From assembly GCF_036507355.1 (NCBI RefSeq), contig NZ_AP027877.1: a DNA stretch of 64,000 nt, one strand, 5' to 3'. This DNA comes from Escherichia coli (GTDB taxonomy: Bacteria > Pseudomonadota > Gammaproteobacteria > Enterobacterales > Enterobacteriaceae). Under the pieces are notes generated by a model, which saw only the letters and a program-made list of their open reading frames with translations, had not been told where the DNA came from and ran no database searches. The position numbers were made by a program, and so were the translations under genes. This document shows positions 1 to 10,727 of this stretch, piece after piece. Each line of letters starts with the position of its first letter. Positions within the stretch are counted from its first letter, which is position 1.

Positions 1-2434
1 GCGTAGTGTGCGCACTGGTCGCCTGCGCCAGCTGCGAAGTACCGATGTCGATTGTCAACACGTTGGGGTTACCGTATTTGCACAGCGCACCAGGCTCGCC
101 GCCTTTATCTGGATCGTACCATGCCCCTTCGTGAATTCGCGCCACGCCGGGTGTATAGCGATCAGAAACTACTGCCCCTGCCAACACCTGACCGCGAGCG
201 TTAAAGACGCGTACCACATCACCGTTACGAATACCGCGCGCGCTGGCATCCTGCGGGTTAATGAACACTGGCTCTTTACCCGCTATCGTATATTGCTGAC
301 GCAGAGTTTCCGACTCACATAACTGCGAGTGAAGTCGGAAATCCGGATGCACAGATTGCAGATGCAACGGATACTTCTGCGAGCCGGGCCCACCGTGGGA
401 GCGTTCGATTTTCTCAAACCACATCGGATGCCCCTGACAATCGTCGTAGTTCATATCGGCGATGGTTTTCGAATAGATCTCAATCAGGCCACTCGGCGTG
501 CCCAGCGGTTCGAGATCCGGATCTTCGCGGAATGCCTGGTGGCGAACAAACATCTGCGGATGGTCAAACTCGACGTACTCTTTGTTATTCCAGAAGTCAT
601 CAAACGCTGGCAAATGAACGCCGCGTCCTTTGCCTTGCTGAACACCTTCCTGCCAGATGCGTTTCAGCCAGCCCATTTCGTCCAGCCCTTCGGTAAAGGC
701 TTCTTCGCGATTAAAGCGGCGGCACAGCTCGCGGAAAATATCAAAGTCGTTGCGCGCCTCGAACTGCGGCGGCACGACCTGTTTCATGGCGATAATGCCA
801 CGGTTGGAGTGGTTGCCGTACTGGTCGAGATCGTTACGCTCAAACTGCGTGGTCGCAGGCAGCACGATATCGGCAAAGCGGCAGGTTGAGGTCCACTGGT
901 TATCTATGGCGATAACCGTTTCCAGCTTGCGCCAGCCTTCAATAATGCGGTTGATCTGCTGATGGCGATGGAATGGGTTAGTTCCGGCAAAAATACACAT
1001 TTTCAGCGGCGGCAGTTTTACCGATTTACCGTTCCAGTTGATCACTTTCCCCGGTTCGAGGATCGCATCGATAAAACGGGCAATCGGAATGGTGCTGCTG
1101 TAGCCTTTGTAATCACTGTTGTCGTGAACAGGCGGAATCGACGTAGAGCCGGAGAAACCACTCAGAATAACGCCTTTACGCCCCGGCGTGCCTGCGCCGT
1201 TATAGTGCCAGCCAAAACCAAAGCCACCACCTGGCAGGCCAATTTGCCCCAGCATCGCCGCCAGAACCACAATCATCCACGCCCACTGTTCACCGTGCTG
1301 CATACGCTGTACGCACCAGCCAGCAATAATCTGCGTTCTGTTCGCCGCCATCTGCCGCGCCAGCCCACGAATGGTTTCGGCATCAATGCCGGTCAGTTTT
1401 TCAGCCCATGCGGCATCTTTCGGCTGACCGTCTTTCTCGCCCAGCAGATACGGCAGGAACTGCTCAAAACCCACACAGTAGTTAGCGAGGAAGTTTTTGT
1501 CGTACAGGTTTTCACTGTACAGCGTATGCGCCAGCGCCAGTTGCAGCGGCACGTCAGTTTGCGGGTTAACCGCAATGTGCTTCACATGCTCGCGCCCCAG
1601 ATACTCATGGGTGGATGTAACAACCGGATCGATGCTAATGACCTCAATTTCACCGGCGGCGACTTTCGCTTTCAACTGCGCGTAATATTCATAAACATCG
1701 TGATCCGGGCACCACCAGTTCGCTTGCTGGTTTTTCAGCAAATCGGAGCCCCACAGCACAATGGTTTTGCTGTTCTTCAATACCAGCGGCCAGGAGGTTT
1801 GCTGTTCATACACTTCCATCGAACCGACTACGCGCGGCAGGATCACCTGCGCAGCACCAGTAGAGTAATCTCCGCCCGTACCAACGCTATTACCATGCAA
1901 GGCAATAGCTTTCGCCAGCATCCCCGAAGCGTTATGGAACATCCCCGTCGATTGCCAACCACTGGCGGTCAGCAAGGCACTCGGCCCGTGAGTTTTCTGT
2001 ACGCGTTCCAGTTCTTCATAGAACATGTCGAGGGCTTCATCCCAGCTCACACGCACAAAACGGTTATCACCGCGCTGGGAGGTGTCGCTCAGATGGCGCT
2101 TACGCAGCCAGTCCACGCGTACCATCGGATAACGAATACGCGCCGCGTTGTGTACGTGGTCCGGCAATCCGGCGATCATTTTCGACGGATATTTATCCAG
2201 TTCGAACGGTTTTGCCGCCACAAAGCGACCATCCTTCACCGTCGCACGGATAGCCCCCCAGTGCGACCCGGTAAGAATGCCCTCTTTCGAGATGACAGCC
2301 TCAGTCGCCGCTTGCGCCGCAGTCGCACGGCGCGGCGTTAACAATGACGGCCCCAGCATCCCGGCGACGGTTAAGCCGCCGAGTTGTGCCAGAAAACGCC
2401 GACGTGATGCCTGAAAGATATCGTTATTGTTCAT
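1..2434 (-). CDS. torA: TMAO reductase catalytic subunit TorA (molybdopterin), C-terminal ~37 aa cut by window edge
   Basis: Reverse-strand translation starts MNNNDIFQASRRRFLAQLGG (twin-arginine signal) at 2434; ATG overlaps torC stop by 1 nt; plus-strand ORFs here are shadow ORFs. Confidence 0.93.
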   Translation of the reverse strand, partial: MNNNDIFQASRRRFLAQLGGLTVAGMLGPSLLTPRRATAAQAATEAVISKEGILTGSHWGAIRATVKDGRFVAAKPFELDKYPSKMIAGLPDHVHNAARIRYPMVRVDWLRKRHLSDTSQRGDNRFVRVSWDEALDMFYEELERVQKTHGPSALLTASGWQSTGMFHNASGMLAKAIALHGNSVGTGGDYSTGAAQVILPRVVGSMEVYEQQTSWPLVLKNSKTIVLWGSDLLKNQQANWWCPDHDVYEYYAQLKAKVAAGEIEVISIDPVVTSTHEYLGREHVKHIAVNPQTDVPLQLALAHTLYSENLYDKNFLANYCVGFEQFLPYLLGEKDGQPKDAAWAEKLTGIDAETIRGLARQMAANRTQIIAGWCVQRMQHGEQWAWMIVVLAAMLGQIGLPGGGFGFGWHYNGAGTPGRKGVILSGFSGSTSIPPVHDNSDYKGYSSTIPIARFIDAILEPGKVINWNGKSVKLPPLKMCIFAGTNPFHRHQQINRIIEGWRKLETVIAIDNQWTSTCRFADIVLPATTQFERNDLDQYGNHSNRGIIAMKQVVPPQFEARNDFDIFRELCRRFNREEAFTEGLDEMGWLKRIWQEGVQQGKGRGVHLPAFDDFWNNKEYVEFDHPQMFVRHQAFREDPDLEPLGTPSGLIEIYSKTIADMNYDDCQGHPMWFEKIERSHGGPGSQKYPLHLQSVHPDFRLHSQLCESETLRQQYTIAGKEPVFINPQDASARGIRNGDVVRVFNARGQVLAGAVVSDRYTPGVARIHEGAWYDPDKGGEPGALCKYGNPNVLTIDIGTSQLAQATSAHTT

Positions 2435-3606
2435 TATTTTTCTTCCTTCTTATCGCCGTGAGCCTTACCTGCGGTGTCAGACGCATTCATTTGCAGATAT
2501 TTCAACAAGGTGCGTTCTTCACGTTTATCGAGGCTGGTAAAGCCGATCATGCCGTTGAGCGTGCCAATCCAGCCGTTAGCGTCAAAGTGAGAGATTTCCG
2601 GTGCGCCGTGGCACTGGTTACAGGTGCCGTTGTACAACGAATCCGCATAAGCCCAGATCGGTTTGATATCGTTCACCATGTCACCTTTCTTCATCCACGC
2701 GGTGGCTTGCAACTTGCTCCACTCGGTATTGGTGTCGGCAACGGTGGTTTTCTCCAGCGTTTTCACCTGCTGCTGCACATCACCACGAATCGAGGCAACA
2801 AAGATGCGTTTACCTGGGAATTGGGTGAGTACACGCTGACGTCCGGCGCTTTCTGTCCAGCCGGTAATTTCAATTTGCAGCCAGTCGCCGTCACGTTTAA
2901 GGACTTTCACTTCCGAAGCAGGCAGCAGTGAACCAGATGCTTCTTTATCGCCTTTCGCCGCATAAATTGGCTTAATATCAATAGAGTACAGCGTGTCACC
3001 ACTGTCATTAGCACTGGCGCGCAGCTCATCGAACTGCTTACGGAAGCCGCTACTCATATCCGGTAACTGGTGGGCAATACCTTTATGACAGTCGATGCAG
3101 GATTGATTATCTTTCGCTGCCACCTTCATCTGACGTGCCGCTTCAGGATGCTGCTTCGCATGATCCATCGCATCGTAGTTATGGCAGGAGCGACAGGTTG
3201 CCGAGTTGTTTTCTTTCATTCGCGCCCATTCACGCTCGGCAAGTTCCGCGCGTTTGGCTTCGAATTTTTCAGGAGTATCAATGGAGTGGGCAATAAAGGT
3301 CTGGTAGATATCGTTGCTCGCTTCCAGTTTGCGCTTCACCATGCCTGGAATATCCGGCGGGATATGACAGTCATGGCATTCAGCTCGCACGCCGGAGGCG
3401 TTCTGGAAATGCACCGACTGTTTATATTCTTCATACACTGGTTGCATACTGTGGCAACTGACACAAAATTCGGTTGTGCTGGTGACTTTGATCCCAACGT
3501 GTGGCAATACAATCAGCGCAATGCCAATCACAATCCCAATAGCGACCAGCGCCAGTACCGACCAACGAGCACTGGGTCGGCGTAGCGCGTTCCAGAGTTT
3601 CCGCAT
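2434..3606 (-). CDS. torC: Pentaheme c-type cytochrome TorC
   Basis: ORF 2434..3654; recognised start MRKLWNAL at 3606; several CxxCH heme motifs in translation. Confidence 0.93.
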   Translation of the reverse strand: MRKLWNALRRPSARWSVLALVAIGIVIGIALIVLPHVGIKVTSTTEFCVSCHSMQPVYEEYKQSVHFQNASGVRAECHDCHIPPDIPGMVKRKLEASNDIYQTFIAHSIDTPEKFEAKRAELAEREWARMKENNSATCRSCHNYDAMDHAKQHPEAARQMKVAAKDNQSCIDCHKGIAHQLPDMSSGFRKQFDELRASANDSGDTLYSIDIKPIYAAKGDKEASGSLLPASEVKVLKRDGDWLQIEITGWTESAGRQRVLTQFPGKRIFVASIRGDVQQQVKTLEKTTVADTNTEWSKLQATAWMKKGDMVNDIKPIWAYADSLYNGTCNQCHGAPEISHFDANGWIGTLNGMIGFTSLDKREERTLLKYLQMNASDTAGKAHGDKKEEK

Positions 3607-3654
3607 AATAGCCCCTGTAAAATTATGGTTTAGTGAAGCGATCTTAATGAGCAA

Positions 3655-3717
3655 ATATGAACAGCGGCACTGGTCAGGATGAATGGCTTACGGCAGAATA
3701 TGAACAGATATGAACAG
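3655..3717 (-). promoter_or_regulatory. tor boxes (TorR-binding decamers) in torR-torC divergent region
   Basis: ATATGAACAG (reverse complement of CTGTTCATAT) at 3655-3664, 3698-3707, 3708-3717; degenerate copy GGATGAATGG near 3678-3687. Confidence 0.8.
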
Positions 3718-3735
3718 AATGAGTAAAACCCTCTG

Positions 3736-4428
3736 ATGCCACATCACATTGTTATTGTTGAAGATGAGCCGGTTACCCAGGCGCGATTACAATCCTACTT
3801 CACTCAGGAGGGGTATACCGTTTCCGTTACGGCGAGCGGTGCCGGGCTACGGGAAATTATGCAGAATCAGCCGGTGGATTTAATTCTGCTGGATATCAAC
3901 TTGCCCGATGAAAATGGCCTGATGTTAACCCGCGCCCTGCGAGAACGCTCAACGGTGGGGATTATTCTGGTTACCGGACGCAGCGATCGGATTGACCGTA
4001 TTGTTGGGCTGGAAATGGGCGCAGACGATTACGTCACCAAACCGCTGGAACTGCGCGAACTGGTAGTACGGGTAAAAAATCTGCTCTGGCGAATCGACCT
4101 CGCGCGACAAGCTCAACCGTACACTCAGGACAACTGCTATCGCTTTGCGGGTTATTGCCTGAATGTGTCGCGCCATACGCTGGAGCGGGATGGCGAGCCG
4201 ATTAAACTGACCCGCGCAGAGTATGAAATGTTGGTGGCATTTGTGACCAATCCGGGCGAAATTCTCAGCCGTGAACGTCTGCTTCGTATGCTCTCTGCGC
4301 GTCGGGTGGAAAACCCTGACCTGCGCACCGTCGATGTGTTAATTCGTCGTTTACGCCATAAACTCAGCGCGGATTTACTGGTGACGCAACATGGCGAAGG
4401 TTATTTCTTAGCCGCTGATGTGTGCTGA
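3736..4428 (+). CDS. torR: Response regulator TorR (OmpR family)
   Basis: 230-aa ORF; receiver domain then winged-helix; matches TorR. Confidence 0.95.
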   Translation: MPHHIVIVEDEPVTQARLQSYFTQEGYTVSVTASGAGLREIMQNQPVDLILLDINLPDENGLMLTRALRERSTVGIILVTGRSDRIDRIVGLEMGADDYVTKPLELRELVVRVKNLLWRIDLARQAQPYTQDNCYRFAGYCLNVSRHTLERDGEPIKLTRAEYEMLVAFVTNPGEILSRERLLRMLSARRVENPDLRTVDVLIRRLRHKLSADLLVTQHGEGYFLAADVC

Positions 4429-5429
4429 TAAAAATAGACCGGACGAAATCCCCCTGGCGACAGCGAGCGGCGGATATGTTCGCGGTCGGCATTTTTCGGC
4501 GTCAGAACTAAAATCGGTGGGCTGACATTATCAGACACCGATTGACCCTGTAATTGCCTGATGGTCTGCTCAACCGCCAGTTCCCCCTGCCAGACCATTT
4601 GATCGCTGGCAGCCATAATCACTCTTCCCCGCTTCAGCCCGCGATACACCTGATGTGAAAGATAAAACGACACCACGGTAAGCGGCGTGTTCAGGTTGCG
4701 CCCTTCACCCATTGCCGCCTCTGCCGCAATGGCCGTTCCGGCAACGACGTCGATTTCTGGATGGCGTTCCAGCATCTCCTGCAACAGGTTACGCTGGATT
4801 TCAATATCGTTATCACCGAGCGCAATATCAACAATACGCACCGGGCTTCCGGCAATGGCTGCGCGAAAACCCTCGACCATCTCCTTACTGCCCCCGGCGT
4901 TATCGGGTCCGGGCATCAACAGCACGTTCAGTGGTTTACCGTGCGCCCATTGCACCAGATATCGCCCAGGTTGATAGCCCATCTGAAACCAGGGTACACC
5001 AACGCGGCTTTTCACCTGGGGAGCATCAATAGCATTTACCAGTTCGATCACCGGCAGACTTGCTACCTGCTTTTGCAGATCGGGAAATGACGTCGTGCTA
5101 CTACCGAGCAAAATGGCCTCTGCGCCCCACTGTTTACACTGGTCGATTTGTGCTTGCTGGGTAGCCAACTGGCTGTAGCCGCCTGCCTCCAGCACTTTTA
5201 AATCCACACCGTAGCGGCGAGCAGCCTCCTGCATACCATAGTTCAACGATAACCAGTATGAATCTTTCAGGCTGGGATAAAGCGCGCACAGTTTCCATGC
5301 GCGTTTGGCTTTAAGCGGCATAGAGGCTTGCACCGTGAAATGCTGCGCATCATGCCAGCGCAACAGGTTATCAGCCGAAAATGCCGGCAACATGAAAAGG
5401 GAAAGAAGTAAAAATAGCAGTACGCGCAT
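4401..5429 (-). CDS. torT: Periplasmic TMAO-binding protein TorT
   Basis: 342-aa ORF with N-terminal signal peptide [19 protein letters not shown]; 3' end overlaps torR 3' end by 28 bp (convergent). Confidence 0.93.
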   Translation of the reverse strand: MRVLLFLLLSLFMLPAFSADNLLRWHDAQHFTVQASMPLKAKRAWKLCALYPSLKDSYWLSLNYGMQEAARRYGVDLKVLEAGGYSQLATQQAQIDQCKQWGAEAILLGSSTTSFPDLQKQVASLPVIELVNAIDAPQVKSRVGVPWFQMGYQPGRYLVQWAHGKPLNVLLMPGPDNAGGSKEMVEGFRAAIAGSPVRIVDIALGDNDIEIQRNLLQEMLERHPEIDVVAGTAIAAEAAMGEGRNLNTPLTVVSFYLSHQVYRGLKRGRVIMAASDQMVWQGELAVEQTIRQLQGQSVSDNVSPPILVLTPKNADREHIRRSLSPGGFRPVYFYQHTSAAKK

Positions 5430-5511
5430 GATAGCCTCATCAATAATAAGGCTTTATGCTAGATGCATTCCGCTTTGCGACTCAACATTTTTCACCTTAA
5501 GTGCACCGACC

Positions 5512-8256
5512 GTGAATTTAACCCTGACCCGAAGACTCTGGATGGGCTTTGCCCTGATGGCGCTGTTAACCCTGACCAGTACCCTGGTGGGATGGTACAA
5601 CCTGCGCTTTATCAGCCAGGTGGAAAAAGACAATACTCAGGCATTGATTCCTACCATGAATATGGCGCGCCAGTTGAGCGAAGCCAGCGCCTGGGAACTT
5701 TTCGCCGCGCAGAACCTGACCAGTGCCGATAACGAAAAGATGTGGCAGGCGCAGGGGCGAATGCTCACCGCACAAAGCCTGAAGATTAATGCGTTGCTGC
5801 AAGCGTTACGGGAACAAGGTTTTGATACCACCGCTATTGAACAACAGGAGCAGGAGATCTCCCGTTCGTTACGTCAGCAAGGGGAACTGGTGGGGCGGCG
5901 TCTGCAACTGCGCCAGCAACAACAGCGACTCAGTCAGCAGATAGTCGCTGCCGCCGATGAGATCGCACGCCTGGCGCAAGGTCAGGCGAATAATGCGGCA
6001 ACCTCCGCCGGAGCGACCCAGGCCGGGATTTACGATTTGATCGAACAAGATCAGCGTCAGGCTGCTGAAAGTGCACTCGATCGGCTGATTGATATCGATC
6101 TTGAGTATGTTAACCAGATGAATGAACTGCGCCTTAGCGCTCTGCGGGTGCAGCAAATGGTGATGAATCTGGGGCTGGAGCAGATCCAGAAAAATGCGCT
6201 AACGCTGGAAAAGCAGCTCAATAATGCGGTGAAAATTCTGCAACGTCGGCAAATACGCATTGAAGATCCGGGAGTTCGTGCTCAGGTCGCAACAACGTTA
6301 ACTACCGTTAGCCAATATAGCGATTTGCTGGCGCTGTTCCAGCAGGACAGTGAAATCAGCAATCACCTGCAAACTCTCGCCCAAAATAATATCGCCCAGT
6401 TCGCGCAGTTTAGTAGCGAAGTCAGTCAGCTGGTCGACACCATTGAGCTGCGCAATCAGCATGGACTGGCGTATCTGGAAAAAGCCAGTGCACGCGGGCA
6501 ATACAGCCTGTTATTGCTGGGGATGGTTTCACTTTGCGCACTGATTCTGATCCTCTGGCGCGTGGTTTATCGCTCAGTCACACGTCCACTTGCCGAACAA
6601 ACGCAGGCGCTGCAACGGCTGCTGGACGGTGATATTGACTCCCCTTTCCCGGAAAGCGCTGGCGTACGGGAGCTGGATACCATCGGGCGGCTGATGGATG
6701 CGTTTCGCAGCAGTGTTTATGCACTGAATCGCCACCGCGAACAACTGGCGGCGCAGGTCAAAGCGCGTACAGCTGAATTGCAGGAACTGGTGATAGAACA
6801 CCGACAGGCACGGGCGGAAGCAGAAAAAGCCAGCCAGGCAAAATCGGCGTTTCTGGCGGCGATGAGCCATGAGATCCGCACACCGCTGTACGGTATTCTC
6901 GGCACTGCTCAACTGCTGGCTGATAACCCCGCACTTAACGCCCAGCGTGATGATTTGCGGGCGATTACCGACTCTGGCGAATCGTTGCTGACCATCCTCA
7001 ACGATATTCTCGATTATTCGGCTATCGAAGCAGGTGGCAAGAATGTTTCGGTCAGCGATGTGCCCTTTGAACCGCGCCCGCTGCTGGAAAGTACCCTGCA
7101 ATTAATGAGCGGACGGGTGAAAGGTCGGCCGATTCGCCTGGCAACGGCAATTGCCGATGATGTACCGAGCGCGTTAATGGGCGATCCGCGACGTATTCGT
7201 CAGGTTATAACCAACCTGTTGAGCAACGCCCTACGTTTTACTGACGAAGGGCAGATCGTTTTACGTAGCCGCACTGATGGCGAGCAATGGCTGGTCGAAG
7301 TGGAAGACAGCGGCTGCGGTATTGATCCCGCGAAACTGGCAGAAATCTTCCAGCCATTTGTGCAGGTAAGCGGCAAACGCGGCGGCACCGGGCTGGGGCT
7401 GACTATCAGTAGCCGTCTGGCCCAGGCGATGGGCGGCGAACTGAGCGCCACCAGCACGCCGGAGGTTGGAAGCTGTTTTTGTTTACGCTTGCCGTTACGT
7501 GTTGCCACGGCACCCGTGCCAAAAACAGTCAATCAGGCGGTGCGTCTTGACGGTTTACGTTTGCTGTTAATTGAAGATAACCCGCTAACCCAGCGAATTA
7601 CCGTTGAGATGCTGAACACCAGTGGTGCGCAGGTTGTTGCTATTGGCAATGCCGCGCAGGCTTTAGAGACACTGCAAAATAGCGAACCGTTTGCTGCCGC
7701 ACTGGTGGATTTTGATCTGCCGGATATCGACGGCATTACCCTTGCCCGGCAACTGGCACAGCAATATCCGTCGCTTGTTTTGATTGGCTTTAGCGCCCAT
7801 GTCATTGACGAAACGCTGCGCCAGCGTACCAGTTCACTATTTCGCGGGATTATCCCTAAACCGGTGCCGCGTGAAGTGCTCGGTCAGTTACTGGCGCACT
7901 ATCTCCAACTGCAAGCCAATAACGATCTACCACTTGATGTATCGCAACTCAATGAAGATGCTCTGTTAATGGGGACGGAGAAGATCCACGAATGGCTGGC
8001 ATTATTTAAACAACATGCCCTGCCGCTTCTCGATGAAATCGACATTGCCCGCGCCAGTCAGGATAGCGAGAAAATAAAGCGTGCCGCGCATCAGCTAAAA
8101 AGCAGTTGCTCGAGTCTGGGAATGCGTAGCGCCAGCCAGCTATGCGCACAACTGGAGCAGCAGCCATTATCTGCCCCCCTTCCACACGAAGAAATTACAC
8201 GCAGTGTTGCCGCTCTGGAAGCATGGTTGCATAAGAAAGACCTGAACGCGATTTGA
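5512..8256 (+). CDS. torS: Hybrid sensor kinase TorS
   Basis: ORF 5305..8256; recognised GTG start at 5512 ([12 protein letters not shown]...) gives 914 aa; HisKA motif [10 protein letters not shown], receiver and HPt domains. Confidence 0.92.
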   Translation: MNLTLTRRLWMGFALMALLTLTSTLVGWYNLRFISQVEKDNTQALIPTMNMARQLSEASAWELFAAQNLTSADNEKMWQAQGRMLTAQSLKINALLQALREQGFDTTAIEQQEQEISRSLRQQGELVGRRLQLRQQQQRLSQQIVAAADEIARLAQGQANNAATSAGATQAGIYDLIEQDQRQAAESALDRLIDIDLEYVNQMNELRLSALRVQQMVMNLGLEQIQKNALTLEKQLNNAVKILQRRQIRIEDPGVRAQVATTLTTVSQYSDLLALFQQDSEISNHLQTLAQNNIAQFAQFSSEVSQLVDTIELRNQHGLAYLEKASARGQYSLLLLGMVSLCALILILWRVVYRSVTRPLAEQTQALQRLLDGDIDSPFPESAGVRELDTIGRLMDAFRSSVYALNRHREQLAAQVKARTAELQELVIEHRQARAEAEKASQAKSAFLAAMSHEIRTPLYGILGTAQLLADNPALNAQRDDLRAITDSGESLLTILNDILDYSAIEAGGKNVSVSDVPFEPRPLLESTLQLMSGRVKGRPIRLATAIADDVPSALMGDPRRIRQVITNLLSNALRFTDEGQIVLRSRTDGEQWLVEVEDSGCGIDPAKLAEIFQPFVQVSGKRGGTGLGLTISSRLAQAMGGELSATSTPEVGSCFCLRLPLRVATAPVPKTVNQAVRLDGLRLLLIEDNPLTQRITVEMLNTSGAQVVAIGNAAQALETLQNSEPFAAALVDFDLPDIDGITLARQLAQQYPSLVLIGFSAHVIDETLRQRTSSLFRGIIPKPVPREVLGQLLAHYLQLQANNDLPLDVSQLNEDALLMGTEKIHEWLALFKQHALPLLDEIDIARASQDSEKIKRAAHQLKSSCSSLGMRSASQLCAQLEQQPLSAPLPHEEITRSVAALEAWLHKKDLNAI

Positions 8257-8327
8257 ATCAATATCAGCCAGTTAAGAATAACTAGAATAGTGGCATTTGG
8301 TATGCAACTTAACGGACTGGCAAAATC

Positions 8328-9401
8328 ATGGCAGAGAAAAAAAGAACCCGCTGGCAGCGGCGGCCAGGCACGACGGGCGGCAAATTACCGTGGAATGACT
8401 GGCGCAATGCCACGACCTGGCGTAAAGCGACGCAATTCTTACTATTGGCAATGAATATTTATATTGCCATCACGTTCTGGTATTGGGTGCGCTATTACGA
8501 AACGGCAGGTAGTACGACATTTCTCGCCAGACCGGGAGGTATCGAAGGCTGGCTACCGATTGCCGGTCTGATGAATCTGAAATATAGCCTTGCAACAGGT
8601 CAGGTACCGTCCGTCCACGCCGCCGCGATGCTGTTATTGGTCGCTTTTATCGTCATCAGTCTATTACTCAAAAAGGCCTTTTGTTCATGGTTATGCCCGG
8701 TTGGTACGCTTTCTGAATTAATCGGCGCTCTCGGTAACAAACTGTTTGGTCGGCAATGTGTCCTTCCCCGCTGGCTGGATATTCCTCTGCGCGGTGTAAA
8801 GTATTTGCTGTTGAGTTTTTTTCTCTATATCGCGTTATTGATGCCTGCTCAGGCGATTCACTATTTTATGTTGTCGCCCTACAGCGTGGTGATGGACGTT
8901 AAAATGCTCGATTTCTTTCGTCATATGGGGACCGCGACATTAATCAGCGTGACCGTTTTGCTGATTGCCAGCCTGTTTATTCGCCATGCCTGGTGTCGTT
9001 ATCTTTGCCCATATGGCGCGCTGATGGGCGTGGTTTCGCTATTATCGCCGTTTAAGATTCGTCGCAATGCCGAAAGTTGTATCGATTGTGGCAAATGCGC
9101 AAAAAATTGCCCATCATGGATCCCGGTCGATAAATTAATTCAGGTACGAACAGTGGAATGTACCGGCTGTATGACTTGCGTAGAGTCATGTCCGGTAGCC
9201 TCAACATTGACCTTTTCACTGCAAAAACCTGCGGCAAATAAAAAAGCTTTTGCGTTGTCTGGCTGGTTAATGACACTACTGGTTCTGGGGATTATGTTTG
9301 CGGTGATTGGTTACGCAATGTATGCGGGAGTATGGCAAAGCCCGGTGCCGGAGGAATTGTACCGACGCTTAATTCCACAAGCGCCAATGATTGGTCACTA
9401 A
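8328..9401 (+). CDS. yccM: Polyferredoxin-like inner membrane protein YccM (4Fe-4S)
   Basis: 357-aa ORF; multiple TM segments and CxxCxxCxxxCP ferredoxin motifs (CIDCGKCAKNCP, CTGCMTCVESCP). Confidence 0.9.
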   Translation: MAEKKRTRWQRRPGTTGGKLPWNDWRNATTWRKATQFLLLAMNIYIAITFWYWVRYYETAGSTTFLARPGGIEGWLPIAGLMNLKYSLATGQVPSVHAAAMLLLVAFIVISLLLKKAFCSWLCPVGTLSELIGALGNKLFGRQCVLPRWLDIPLRGVKYLLLSFFLYIALLMPAQAIHYFMLSPYSVVMDVKMLDFFRHMGTATLISVTVLLIASLFIRHAWCRYLCPYGALMGVVSLLSPFKIRRNAESCIDCGKCAKNCPSWIPVDKLIQVRTVECTGCMTCVESCPVASTLTFSLQKPAANKKAFALSGWLMTLLVLGIMFAVIGYAMYAGVWQSPVPEELYRRLIPQAPMIGH

Positions 9402-9416
9402 ATTAGCAACAAGCGG

Positions 9417-9442
9417 AACATCACCTCGCACGGGGTGATGTT
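9417..9442. terminator. Possible bidirectional terminator hairpin between yccM and gnsA
   Basis: Inverted repeat CATCACC...GGTGATG between convergent genes; weak T-run. Confidence 0.35.
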
Positions 9443-9449
9443 CACAAAA

Positions 9450-9623
9450 TCACATTATTTTGATTTTGACATCATAACTTTCAAGCCCGGTCATTTTTTC
9501 TCGCGCGGTGAAGCGAATTTCAGAGACTTCTTTCCCTGTATTCTTGTTCAGCTCGGCGATTTTTTGCGCGATAAAGTCGGCGATTTCCGTTTCGGCTTGT
9601 TTTTTTAACTCTTCAATATTCAC
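9450..9623 (-). CDS. gnsA: GnsA (overexpression raises unsaturated fatty acids), 57 aa
   Basis: Reverse translation MNIEELKKQAETEIADFIAQKIAELNKNTGKEVSEIRFTAREKMTGLESYDVKIKIM with GTG start; below ORF-track size cutoff. Confidence 0.85.
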   Translation of the reverse strand: MNIEELKKQAETEIADFIAQKIAELNKNTGKEVSEIRFTAREKMTGLESYDVKIKIM

Positions 9624-9843
9624 TGTTAACCTCTTCTGGTCTTGAAAGACAGCAACACGCCAGTAAGGTGTTGGTTCCCGGTACCCTGGTCAGGTAAGAA
9701 ATGTTATAAGCCATCTCCCCGAAAGATTCAATAATCAACAGGTTATCGCTTACTATACATACAGCGTTGAAGAAAAATAAGGCAGATATAAAAAAGGCTC
9801 CACGAGGGAGCCTGATATTATTTTGTGAAATCCAGCGGCGCAT
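9613..9843 (-). CDS. ymcE: Small protein YmcE (cold-shock cluster)
   Basis: ORF 9613..9876; recognised start MRRWISQNNIRLPRG at 9843 (76 aa); overlaps gnsA start by 11 bp. Confidence 0.75.
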   Translation of the reverse strand: MRRWISQNNIRLPRGAFFISALFFFNAVCIVSDNLLIIESFGEMAYNISYLTRVPGTNTLLACCCLSRPEEVNSEY

Positions 9844-10016
9844 GGTCAGTGCGTATTTGCAGCGCGACGTTATCAAAGGTGATCATCGTCGATTTACAAA
9901 AAATACACTTAGCGCCCAAAGGGTTTCGCTCCGTCACATCGAATGCCGATGTACGGTACTGTGAACCATGACAACATGGACAGCGGAAATGGAGATGTTG
10001 AGTAATAACGGCAACC

Positions 10017-10229
10017 TTAGAGCGTAACAACGTTCGCTGCCGCGGGGCCACGTTGCCCCTGCTCAATAGAAAATTCAACTTTCTGATTTTCGTTCAGCGT
10101 GCGGAATTCATTGCTCTGGATGGCGGTGAAATGGACGAAAACGTCTTTGCTGCCATCATCAGGAGTGATAAAGCCAAAACCTTTATCTGCGTTAAACCAT
10201 TTTACTAAACCAGTCATTTTATTAGACAT
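10017..10229 (-). CDS. cspG: Cold shock protein CspG
   Basis: 70-aa [26 protein letters not shown], classic CspA-family RNP motifs. Confidence 0.95.
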   Translation of the reverse strand: MSNKMTGLVKWFNADKGFGFITPDDGSKDVFVHFTAIQSNEFRTLNENQKVEFSIEQGQRGPAAANVVTL

Positions 10230-10514
10230 ATTTTACTTCCTTCATTTTGGGCCTTTCGGCAAACAGGGCTTTAATACAGAAACTACTTAGTGTTCAGGAG
10301 AGAGACTCAAAAGAAGGGGATAATGCCTGATAATGAGAACTGCTTTAGTAAACTACTTTGTATGCTGTCTGTCTTTCAAACCGACGCAGCTATTAACGCA
10401 TGATAATAGAGATTAAGCAAATTTTATTTTAGCCGTCCGGCGGTCTTAAATATCGCTGGCTTTATTTTATTAACCCCGTATAGTGCAGCGCAGTATTTTC
10501 AGTAAGGAATTTGT

Positions 10515-10727
10515 TTGTCCCGTAAAATGACAGGAATTGTCAAAACCTTTGATCGCAAAAGCGGCAAAGGATTCATTATCCCCTCCGACGGTCGTAAAGA
10601 AGTCCAGGTCCATATTTCCGCATTCACTCCCCGCGACGCAGAAGTGCTTATACCAGGATTACGCGTGGAATTTTGTCGCGTAAATGGCCTGCGAGGACCA
10701 ACAGCGGCAAATGTTTATCTCTCTTAA
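10515..10727 (+). CDS. cspH: Cold shock-like protein CspH
   Basis: 70-aa ORF (TTG start in track) [26 protein letters not shown]; CspA family. Confidence 0.9.

Noticed and set aside
329-2341. Long plus-strand ORFs (329..889, 962..2341, 2344..2931) listed in the track
   Set aside because: They lie antisense to torA/torC, whose minus-strand translations are unmistakable; these are shadow ORFs of GC-rich coding DNA.
6574-7101. 175-aa minus-strand ORF inside torS
   Set aside because: Antisense to the well-supported TorS kinase core; no independent start context or recognisable domain.
9767-9964. 65-aa plus-strand ORF antisense to ymcE, considered as a possible small gene
   Set aside because: I cannot support it from sequence alone; it overlaps ymcE and the cspG 3' region. 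Left as uncertain rather than called.
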